Below are positions 27,534 to 38,298 of a stretch of DNA of 64,000 nt, in pieces. The notes below the pieces were generated by a model, which had not been told where the DNA came from, ran no database searches, and saw nothing but the letters and a program-made list of their open reading frames with translations. A program made the position numbers and the translations under genes. The stretch's first letter is position 1. Every line of letters starts with the position of its first letter. The stretch spans positions 81,098,001-81,162,000 of the forward strand of contig CM052816.1 in NCBI GenBank assembly GCA_028534125.1, in the 5' to 3' direction. Origin of the DNA: Lama glama. Lineage: Eukaryota.

Positions 27534-27595
27534 CCTCCACCCCTAACCCCACCCTCACCTCCACCCCTACCCCCACCCTCACCTCCACCCCCACC
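27534..27595. repeat. C-rich 24-bp minisatellite, about 2.6 copies (CCTCCACCCCTAMCCCCACCCTCA)
   Basis: Directly visible tandem units at 27534, 27558 and 27582. Confidence 0.85.
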
Positions 27596-28991
27596 AAAGG
27601 GGGCCCAGCTCTGGAAGCTGCGCGAAGGGATGCGGAGGAGGTGACACAGCTGGAATGCAGCCTCCCAGATCTGCCTCGCCTGACCTTCTGCACCCGAGCA
27701 GGCTTTCCAGAAGATCTCTGAGGCCGCTGGCCCAGAGGGAGAAGCCCCATAAGCACCAGGGACTTCGAGGCTTGACGAGGTCATTTCCCACCAGCCTGCA
27801 TGATGCCTGGTCTCTCGTGGCCCACTGTGGTAGCAGTGGAATAAGAGCCCCGTTTTGTCTACCCTGGAAAATACCCCCATCCACTAGTGCACTGATGAGA
27901 TGCCACTGTTGCATTTGGGACAAAATCCCAGCATCCTCAGGGCAGGCCTGGCTGAGGGCACCCCTGGTGGGAACAACGTCCTTTAGGACCATGAGGCCCT
28001 TTATGTTGTGGGGACAGGTGCGGATCTGAGGATCACAGCTGCTGGTTCCGCCGCCTGGGGTATGAGGTCCAGGGAGCGGTCCTCAGGGCCCTCTCAGCCA
28101 AGGGCAGAAAGCGGGAGGTGTGCGGCGGGCGTGATGCGCTGGTCCAGCTGAGGCGCCTCCACTCTGAGGAGAAAGCATATTTCAGCGAACCTGCTCACAG
28201 CCTCTGAGAGCTTCCCAGGCAATGTGGCCATCACTGTCCCCCTCCTGGCCCCTGCCTGGCCCCTTTGGGAGGGGACCAGTGTACAGAAAAGGGGCCTCTT
28301 TCTCCCAGAGTCTCTCATTGCAGCCTCTAAGAGGGCAGGACTAGGTGCCATCAAGCCAAATTGTCTTGGAATCCTCAAAAATGGCCAACTGCGGGTTTCG
28401 TCTCCTCGCCCAGAGAGACAGGGCAGTACGGTCGCCATTCCTTTGAATGCCTCACGATGTGCCAAGTCTGGAGTCCTCCCAGCAGCCTGCTGAGCCTGGC
28501 ACTTCGATTATCCCCATTTTCACACAGGCTGCAGAGCCGAAGTATCAGAGCCAGGCTCTAAACAGCGGGAGTCCGGCTCCAGAGGGTCCTCACTATGAAC
28601 TGGCAACGAGGGGGCTTTAGCAGCTAATGATGGTCATGGACGCTCAAAGCCTGCAAAAGGAATTCTTTCTCTTGGTTCTAGTTTGGTGCCAATAGATGGT
28701 TTGTTAAATTGCTATTTTTGTAAAGACGTGTAGTCATCGGCACCTCTCCCAATTGCAGTTGCTGTGTAAGTCAACCTCAGAAACCCATGATCTAGAGTGA
28801 GGGCGAGGTCGAGCTCCCCAGGGCTTTTTCAAGGACGTACCCCCTGCCACTCGCCAGCCATGAGGATCTTTGGCCTATCATGGGATGTTAGATCTTCACG
28901 AAGAAATTCAAAATGTGTAGGATGTGGAATGAAAAGATTCAGAGAGGCCATGGTCCCCAAAGTGGTGTGGGGAAGTCATGGAAATACTCTG

Positions 28992-29198
28992 TATTATGGA
29001 GTGAATGTTTGTGTGCCCTGCTAAAATTTGTATGTTGAAATCCGAACCCCCCATGTGGCTGTATTTGGAGCTGGGGCCTCTGAGAAAGTAAGAAAGGTTA
29101 GATGAGGTCATAAAGGTGGGGCCTTGTCATAGGATTAGTGTCCCATAGGATTAGAGACACGGAGAGTCCCTCCTCTCTTTCTCTCCCCTCCCCACACT

Positions 29199-29234
<36 letters not shown>

Positions 29235-29392
29235 AAAAGCCGTGTGAGGACACAGGAAGAAGGCAGCCGTCTACAAGCCAGGAGGAAACCCTCACCAGGA
29301 AGCAAACCCTCCAAAAATGCGAGAAATAAATTTCTGCTGTGTAAGCCGCAGTCTGTGGTGTTTTGTTACAGCAGCCGAAGTGGACAGAGACA
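28992..29392 (+). mobile_element. MaLR solo LTR (MLT1A/B-like) containing a (CA)n microsatellite
   Basis: TATTATGGAGTGAATGTTTGTGTGCCC start, GCCGTGTGAGGACACAG, GAGAAATAAATTTCTG, and ...ACAGAGACA end. The 5-bp flanks are CTCTG and CCCTG. Confidence 0.85.
29202..29232. repeat. (CA)n microsatellite, about 15 units
   Basis: Directly visible. Confidence 0.95.
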
Positions 29393-30146
29393 CCCTGTGC
29401 TTTCTGGATGTTTCCTGGCCGCATCCCGCATTCTTGCCATGGCTGCCCACATCCTGCCCCCGACCCCCACCCCCCAGCCCCCGAGTCAGCATCCTGCTGC
29501 AGAATCTTCTCAAACATGGGCACTCGGGGTGAGGGGCATTTGTGCTACTGGCAGGGGACCTCACCTTTGGTGGCAGCAGCAGCAGCAGGACCTGGGGCTC
29601 CTTGATCCAACCACAAGAATCGCTATGCGTTTCTTGGGCAGAAAATAAATCATAACTAACCTCCCAGAGGGTGAAGCAACTGTTAACAACGGGAGGCACC
29701 TGGAGATGCTCGAGGCTCTTGGTTTACTAAGCACGCTAGAATCTGAGGGGCTCTTTAGAATGACAAGACTGACTTAGGACCTCTTCAAAGGGGCAAGGAA
29801 CAGAATATGCGCCAACGAGGCCAACGTGTGACTCCGTGCTGTTCACCAGCTGTAGAGACTCAGGGCGATAGCATTCAGGAAGACTTCATTTTTACCTGCC
29901 AATTCAAGGTTTGCTCTTCACTTTAATAATATGTTCTTTTCTTAATTCTTCCAAGGTCCCTTTTCAGGGCAGAAATTCTTGAGTTCATTCAGGGGCATCA
30001 TTCAAACAGCACAATTCATCACATCTGCCAATTGACCTTTTACTTAAACGATCCTAGGCGAACAGAAAAGTCCTCAGAGAATATGGGTATGTGCAGTGTA
30101 TGTTGGCTGAATTATAAACAGGAAAAGGTTTCTGTGGGATGTATTT

Positions 30147-30152
30147 TTTAAT
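30147..30152 (-). terminator. Candidate distal polyadenylation signal ATTAAA
   Basis: The minus strand reads ATTAAAAAATACATCCCACAGAAACCTTTTCCTGTTT: a hexamer, CA dinucleotides about 11-14 nt past it, then a U-rich downstream element. Confidence 0.55.
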
Positions 30153-33100
30153 GAGAACACATTGTTACACTGTGAGCATGTGGCATTCTTGCTTAACAGA
30201 AACATTTACAAGAACACATACACATTTATATCCAAACACCAACTAAAGTAGATATTTTAAATGACCAGTTTGCACCAGAAATAAAATATATTATACAAAA
30301 CAGGGGTTATATCCACAGTCATTAATTCTCATTTTCTACACAAAACAATAATAAATTAAATCACATTATATGCAGATAGTTCTACTTACATTAGAATAAT
30401 AAACTGTATGTAGCTAGTGCAGCTTTTTCATCTACCTTTCTACCCGACTCGTGGGGTGTTGTTTGTAAGTCCTCTATGGAAATTAACAATGAACAATATG
30501 GCCCAGAAGACAAGGACGGCAGAAGTAACCCCCCACGGTGTCTGTGCTGGGTCCTCTTGGATTCAATTATTCACCATGCACAGGGAACAAAGCTTGGATT
30601 CCCCAGGGGGGAAAAAAAAAGGCCTGCAAACTGACAGCATCTCCAGGCTGTTAAGGATACCTCACTTGTAAGGTACACCGCACTGAACATTTTCAGATCT
30701 TGGCATTAATGATAAACAGGACATAACGGTCTCAAAAATCCGAATTTTCTTCTTTCTCATCCTTCTCTGCCCAGTCATTATGTGCTATGACAGCTACGTT
30801 CTCCCAGCAGATAAAAACCACCTTGGTAGCCTATGTCGTGACTTACACTGGTGAATGGGCCCTTTATTCCTTGTGCATAGAAATTTCGGTCTTTAAGCAC
30901 ATGAATCGAAGCAATGCAGCATTTTTGCTAGCTCTTAATTCTCCTTGTTCAAATACGTCCCCTAGAAGTCATCCCACATCTGATACATCAAAGAGCTATT
31001 ATACCGTGGGTTTTTGCTTCTGAGACTCAGCTCCCACTGAAGCCCTTTCACTGCGTTAAAGTCGCCGAAAATGTGAACAGCAACAGCACCGGCTGGTTTA
31101 GAACTGCTTTGCCTTTGGTGTGAATAATATTAGTGGTTAATAAGAAATCTGAACAAACTCCAATCCAGCACCTTTTGAAAGTCATTTTAGTCCTGAAGTC
31201 TAGCTAGGGAAGAGACATCTCTGAGACCTACATGCTGAAAACCAAAGCCGGGTTTGTGGGAGCGTATGCACGTCACAGGCCTGAAGAGCCCCGGGAGCAG
31301 GTGGTCAAGTTAGGGAAGGGTTCTGATTAGAAGCCAGCTACATTCTTCCGGCCGGCGCCGTTGTGTCTCCTCTCCCTGTGAGGAGGTATGGAGGTCCTAT
31401 TCACAAGTGGCCACCTGCGAGGGCAAGATGCTGATCATCTTTGGAGCCATGATGGACAGCAGATGCAGGAGGGGAGGGAGGGAGTGGTAAAGATGGTAGC
31501 AGCTGGCAATGCTACCCTCTTTCTTTCGGAAGAGCTTGATCCTGATTCTTCTTGCTGAGTGTGTCCCAAGCTTCTTACTGAAGAGGAACTAAATTACTGG
31601 TTATTCTGTAGTTCTAAAGATCAACTAAAAAGGAAACAGACCTCTCTGAACAGCACCATCTCATTCTCCATGCTTCCACACTGCCTCTAAACATATTCTG
31701 TGTTTTTAAATCAGTTCACTTTTTCCCACTAAAGGAGAAATTCAGCTCATTTTCAGCTTCCTTACAAAGCACTGAACCCCAGGGCACAACTAAACAACAC
31801 CCATGAAACAGAGGTCGGGGGGCCTAATTTTGCTTGGTGTTGGGCTTTATGGCTGCATCTGCTCAGAAAGTGAGTGTTTTGTGTCCCAAGAAACATAGGT
31901 ACACGTTCCTTTCAGTTTATAAACCCTCTTTTAATACTCATGGCATACTATTCCATTTGCTCTTCTACAGAGACTTCCACAGACAGCCATGGTATGCGCA
32001 CTCACAGGAAGGTGGTGAGACCACTGGACCTTCTCTGAACACTTGTCTCTGTCTATGTGGGGTCTATACAATGGCCTTAATCTCACGGCCAATGGCAAAT
32101 CTTATGCGCCCCAAATCAGTGGCCCCGAAGAGGAAAGTGGTCCATTAGGGGCACAAAGGCTGCCTTGTGGAAGTTAATGATCCCAGAAGCCTGTGAACAG
32201 GGAGAAGTGACTGACATTCCAAAGCAGAAGTCTTTGAATTTAAGGAAGAGGAGAAAAGGAGGCATTATCTTTCCATACCCTTCCCCCCTCCCTCCATTGA
32301 AATATAGCTTCTGACGTGTAAAGAACCACGCTACGTCTGCGGTTCAGGAAAGGACATGCGGATGGTGCTTCCGAGAACTGTAATGTTTACAGGGACGTCC
32401 TCGTGGAAGCTTGGTCAGTCTGGGAGAAGACATACACTCTATACAGAACGTCCTTCCTGGATAGATGTGATCATCTGGAGAAAGCTTTTATTTCTGAGTC
32501 CGGAAAAGAAAAAACTCTAAGATGATGATGACCATAAAACATATGCTTATTTTCAACACCAAGAGTAGACGCTATTTTGACCTCTATCAATGTCAGCCGA
32601 TGTTTGGCCAGATGAGAAAATACTGATAAAGTGTCCCTTTTGAAATCTGAACAGCCTGGACTTCAGGGTAATAATTTATAAAATGTTTTAAGAACTAAAG
32701 TCCTACTTTTTTTACTGTATGATATGAGGCTACTGGAGAAGGAGAAATGACTAGTTTTCAAAGATATTAGCAGTTAGGAACTTAAATCCGAGTTATAATC
32801 TCCAGAAGTCTTAACTCAGGGTAACCTAGGGCCAAACACTTACACTTTGAGCAAAGGTTTCCCAACTTAAGGGAGTTTTCAAAACAATAGACTTTCGGTA
32901 ACTCAGATGAGGATTTCAGGGACTAGAGAATGGACAACAGACATGTAAATGAGCAATCAATCTGAGGAACCCTAGAATCGCTTTAAGATTGGAAGAACAC
33001 AGCACCCAGGTATCAGAAACCTCAGGATTTCCTCTACCATTTTTAAAAAACTAAATTCTCACTAAAAATTTTTAAGATTTTTTATCTGGGGATAGAATAT

Positions 33101-35241
33101 TAAGTTTAGAACCATTCCTCTACCTTAAGTAGAAATAAAAGATACTAACTTTAAAGACGCTAACAAGCCCCTATATAAATTCTAAAAAGGTTAGAAATAT
33201 TTATACCCAAAGACTGCAACCAAGGTAGAGTGTTTTTTCCCTGTAATAAGCACTTGGGCTCAAAATTTTAATTTTTTTTAAACAAACACAAGATAATAGA
33301 AGATGAATATCTCTAAATTATATGGAAAACATCATTGAAAAATAAAAATGAGAGAGAAACAAGCTCTCAATTCATGAAATGTAGATAGATGCAAACCTTT
33401 CGTTCTGATCTCAGCTGGGGAGTCCCAAGAGGTCACACGCTTTGCTTGCCTGGTTTTACTTCCCAAACTCTCTTCCTGGAGCAGAATTTCTGGAGCTGGC
33501 CTTCCTTGCCTTCTTTTTCCATCCTGTTTTGAATTCAGCACTTTTTCCTTTGCACTCTGCGTGGAGAACTACAACATAGCTCTTTCAGTGGCTTGTAGTT
33601 CATTCTTTTATCATGTTCTCCAGCTGCCTGCATTCCATTTTTAAACAATAGAGGGGAAATGTGCCTCACGCAGAAATAATCCATTCAGCTTGACTGGCTG
33701 AGGTTGGAGTGAAGGAGACAGGCTCCTCCGGGAAAGCGAGCCCGGGCCAACTTTCCGGACACACCGCTCTCATCGCCCTGCCTCCTCCTCCACCGGTATC
33801 TGTGCAGCCCCGACCTCCATCACTACCAAGGAATTGCTCCAATTCCTATATTCCCCTAGTTTCTTGAATTCCCCAATTTTCCTCTTAGAAATGGGCTTTT
33901 ACTGACATGAAGATAACCTTAAAAACTATTTTCCAGATGCTCAAGATGTTACTGAGGAAAGATCTCAGTGACACCATTATAAGATGTTCCACTGATCTGG
34001 CAACTTCCCATTCTTCCCTCACTGTCTACTTTCTCCACAAATTATCAATGAAGAGTGGCAACCTGCGTTTAAACCTATGTGCAGAGTACTGGGTGCAAAG
34101 TAGAGATTCAGTAAATACTTACTCAACTCTGTCCAAATTCTGCATATCCATACCCCCCCATTACACGGGTTATTAGTGGATGACCGCCAAGCTCTGCAGA
34201 GTTCCCCGAAAGGGAATACAGTAGCTATTTCAATTCCCTCTTTTAACCAAAATCACCATTGTGAATTTTGGTAAAATGTCATGATGCATTTGTTAAATTG
34301 ATTATTTCTATGCTTACTGTCAAAGTCTAACTCTCTTTAAAGTTCCTCTTAAGAAAAAAGGGCTGCCTCCTTTTATAAATTCTGACTTAATTCTAATGTT
34401 TCATCCTTGATCTGGACACTCGCTGTTTGGCCGGAACTGGAAGAAGTCTATCTCTAAAATGACTTGCATATAAAATGGGTAAACTGATGTATTCCTGTAG
34501 AGTCTACAATCTAATACATTTCTAGGTCTCTGTAATTAAAGCAGCAATTAGTATTGGGCTGTGGCCAAGGGGAATAGGAAAGCAGGAAGAAAAAGAGAGG
34601 CATCTTTCATCACTATTGGTTTGTTGTACACTTTACCCATGCTTTTAAAATATAAGTGAAATTTAATCTCCAAAATGAAAAAATAGACACATTTTCTAAT
34701 AGCAAAATATAAGATTAAAATACTTAAAAATAAAATGTTAGTGTGAAATAGGGCTTTTTATATTTAAAAAAAAGAAACATTTTTGATTTGCTTTTCTTGT
34801 ATAAGTCCTCTTATCGCATTAATAGTTACAACTTTCCAGAGTAGCTTTTATGAGACGCCGAAGGAGACAGGGAGGAAATCCTTTTTCAAGATACAAGGTC
34901 AGGACCCGAACGTATACACTGGACAGAGCAGTCCTCAACCTCAGATCCATCCACCAGCGCTGCAGAAAGGAATGCAGTATTTCCAACCTTGAGATTTTTC
35001 ATTATATTTTCTTCTTCCTGGGGTTAAATTCTGTCCAAGAATATTCTACTTGTAAAAATCATTGTACTCTAGCTATAAAACATTTCATTTAAGGAAAAAT
35101 TTTATAGCCTTCTGTGAAATACCTCCCAAAGCCATCAAGATCTGGGGACACCAGACTTTCAAGACATAAACCTAACCATATGCCCTTGAAACAGTATCAA
35201 CATTGAACAGAATGATGTTATAGTCTTATATTTGTTTGTCA

Positions 35242-35249
35242 TGAGATGA
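35242..35249 (-). promoter_or_regulatory. miR-143-3p 8mer seed site in the NPR3 3'UTR
   Basis: The mRNA-sense sequence is UCAUCUCA. Plus-strand TGAGATGAAG equals the first 10 nt of miR-143-3p. Confidence 0.6.
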
Positions 35250-35426
35250 AGGCTGGGAGGCATATGCCGAGTAACAATCGTTCCTGAGCTTCTGAAGAAA
35301 TTTTACAACGAAATGACTAACTGCTTAAAAGAATGAGTTCTTCAAGAGCGCCCCTTCTGTTCCATTGATGTCTTTCGTCCCATCTATCTCCTCAAAGAAT
35401 CTCAAGCCAAAAGAATAGGCTGCCTT

Positions 35427-35573
<147 letters not shown>

Positions 35574-36527
35574 TCATTTGGCTACAAAATAACTATGGTT
35601 TCTCTTACAAAGAATGACCTCAAGGGACATCTGGGTTTGGATTGATAAATGAGAAGTGACAGAATATGAAACCCTGGGCAGAGATTAAAGCAGTGTGCCC
35701 CAAGGCATCATGCCCTCATTCAAGGAGGAAAATTAGCCTGCTTTCCCAGATGCCATAGAACAAGCCTTCCCCTTCTTCCCTGGGTGCCTTGTGGGTTAAG
35801 TCTTGTCTATTCTGCCACAGACGCTCTCCCCAACTCCCAGGATATGCCCTAGAACAGGAATACAATTGTTTCCACAAAGAGTTGCAGACACCCAGCGTTA
35901 CATTTCCATGCAGAAATGAAAAAATCATGGTCTAATGACTTAAGAATAAGCCACAAATTCAACCACCAAAGATTACAAAGGAATGGACAGCCCTCAAGAA
36001 GCAAAACTATCAGTATCTTGAACACACATAAATATTACAATTTTACAAGACTTGAGGCTTAACCACAGTAACTAAGCATGTGGGTTCTCAAATCCTGAGC
36101 ACAGAGCAGCCTGAGAGCAGGGACTGCTCAGAGCCACTTCCTCCTCTATAGAAGGTGAACCCAGCACCTATTTCTGAATTGGAGGAAGCCTGAGAACGGG
36201 GAAGTTGACTTCCCCTTTGTCCAGATTCCTTCTCCACTTATGCACACTGTGGGTGGTAGGAATCCGGGTCAGAATATTTGTGAGCAAACAATGGCAGTGG
36301 CTATGTGGCCACAGGGCAAGGCAGCAGAAACCCTTGACCCCCTGCCTAGTGTGCCGCCCCGCTGACCACCAAACCCAGGGCCACCCCAGAGGAACGGCTT
36401 TGTTCTTTTCGCTGCCATGCTTTTTGGCTAAGAGCAAGAGGCAAGCAAGTCACAAGGAGAGTGCCAAGGCAAGTGACAGAGGCAATTAAGGAGAGTGAAT
36501 GTTAAAACTCTATAAAGCGGTCCTGAC

Positions 36528-36615
36528 CTGAAGAAGTAGAAGGCCATTAGCAAGCCAGCTCCTAGTAAGGCCCCCACGACAATCCCTGTCACCGCTGATT
36601 CTTCTAGGCCACCTG
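36528..36615 (-). CDS. NPR3: NPR3 coding exon (exon 7, transmembrane helix; 88 bp, or 85 bp with the alternative acceptor at 36612): (S)[28 protein letters not shown](R)
   Basis: Hydrophobic TM segment in ORF 36428..36688. Tandem acceptor is tttttcAAG|CAG|GTGGC and donor is TTCAG|gtcagg. Confidence 0.96.
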
Positions 36616-37294
36616 CTTGAAAAAGAAACACAGACAATCTGAGTTCATTTTGAGAAACAGCTAGAAATGCCTCATTCTGACTTTTCATTCACTGAAAACT
36701 TTCATTCAATGGAAGATGTTTCTCAATTTCCCACTTGAGGCAAATTTTCCAATTTTCCTTTCTTTCTAAGAAACATTTTCTAGGGGATCCTGTTTGTGGG
36801 GGGTGGGAGTGGTTGAGGTTTCACTTTTTGGTCTTTGGTTTTGTTTTTTAAACCAAGGGCAAAGCTTAAAAAGCACTTAAGAAAGTACTAGATAAACAAA
36901 CTGTTACAAGAAAGTGAGCACAATGGGAATAAAGCAGGGTCAAGGAGGATATGGGGAAAACTAGAAACTGAGGTTTTCAGATATATCCACACTCTCTTGA
37001 GTTTACAGGCAGAGAAGACAACCGCGCAGACCATGGGACTGACCCAGCATCTCTCATTTTCACAGATGGATGGTGACACTTCAAAGTGCTGGAAGATTTG
37101 GTGAAAAATTCACTGGGTCAGCGTTCTATTGTTAGATGTTCTCTCACCAAAGGCAGAGTTTCATGTCAAAATGTCTTATATAGCTTTGTGAAAATGTAAG
37201 TAACGATTTGCAACAATCAAGTTCAGTTATGTCCCAGTTATATAAAAATGAGAAGTAGCTAGCTTGTATAGGAAGAGTTTAGGATAAAGTCTTT

Positions 37295-37490
37295 CATGCA
37301 TTATCATATTTAATCCTCAAAACAGTCCTAAGAGATAGACACATTCTTTTCATTTCACATATGAGAAAACTGAGGCTTAAAGAAGTGATGGAATGCTCCT
37401 GGAGGGTCACAAAACCAGTAAGTGACAAGGGTGGAATTTCAAATCCAGGCCCAATAACTCTAGAGACTGTGTTCTTAACATATTTCTGCC
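37295..37490 (-). mobile_element. MIR SINE in NPR3 intron 6
   Basis: TTATCATATTTAATCCTCAAAACAGTCCTAAGAG...GAGAAAACTGAGGCTTAAAGAAGTGA...GGAATTTCAAATCCAGGC. Confidence 0.75.
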
Positions 37491-38162
37491 ACACTCCTTC
37501 CCGTAATTATTGCACATACATAAAGACCTCACAGTTTGAGGGCTGTTCCCACAACACAAGGAGCACACACATATTAGCCGAAGGCGAGCAACTGGCCTGA
37601 AAGGTCAAGGTTGACACTCACTTTGCTCTCCCTCAATAGCTTATCAAAGGGTCTTTCTAAAGCAGTGATTTCCAACCATTTTCCTACTTGTAAGCTCCTT
37701 ATCAGAACATCCTTTTGCCTCTATATTTATGACAAGGCTGCTCGTGAACAACAGATTTTACACTTATTTGCTAATTTGTAAATTTCTGAGTGTTTAAGGG
37801 ACATTGTTTGGTTCTGAGGGGTAAGAGGATAAATACAAACTCTGAAACAAGAAATGAATGAGTGACGTTTCATATCTGATCATTTAATTTTCCCTAGTAG
37901 GGTAAACTCAAATAGCCCAAGGTTACAGTAAGAGATGTAACAATAGGGAGAAGCCTTCCTACCGTTTTGGATAAGGGCAGAGGGGAAGAAGGACCTCGAA
38001 GCCGCTGATGAAGACGGATGCCAGTCTGTGAATTGTTCCGTGGGTTTTACACATCAGGAAAAGACACCTGAACTCTCAGAACATGAGCTCCTTGAAGAAC
38101 ACCTGTGTTACCCTGATACCACGGATGATGAAACCCAGATCTGATTAAGTCTCTAAACTTAC

Positions 38163-38298
38163 ATGATTTGCAAGGAGAGCTGTTTGTGTGCTCCACAATC
38201 CTGGTTTCATCTATTCTCAGTTTTAAAGGTCCCCAAGGATATTTGATGTTCGGCCGCATTTCAAAACGACCTTCTTTTCCAAAGTAATCACCAATAAC
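38163..38298 (-). CDS. NPR3: NPR3 coding exon (exon 6, 136 bp): [45 protein letters not shown]
   Basis: Acceptor acatag|GTTATT is preceded by a long pyrimidine tract (plus-strand A/G run at about 38311-38360). Donor is TCAT|gtaagt. The exon includes the juxtamembrane Cys of SPCKS. Confidence 0.97.

Larger units (their letters stand above)
30130..35426 (-). other. NPR3: Probable long NPR3 3'UTR (about 5.3 kb)
   Basis: It follows the stop codon and is poor in young repeats. It ends in an AU-rich block (30150-30420) with ATTAAA. Mammalian NPR3 is known to have a multi-kb 3'UTR. The end point is inferred. Confidence 0.65.

Noticed and set aside
27955..27973. CTCF-like motif (minus strand CCACCAGGGGTGCC)
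   Set aside because: It mismatches the strongly constrained GGC core positions, so it cannot be called from sequence alone.
27421..28561. Dense cluster of overlapping ORFs, including Pro/Gly-rich ones
   Set aside because: Explained by high GC content and the C-rich minisatellite, which deplete stop codons in all frames.
30130..35426. miR-100 seed site (miR-100 is a reported NPR3 regulator)
   Set aside because: I did not find ACCCGTA on the plus strand of the UTR by eye, so it is not claimed. A computed scan is needed to be sure.
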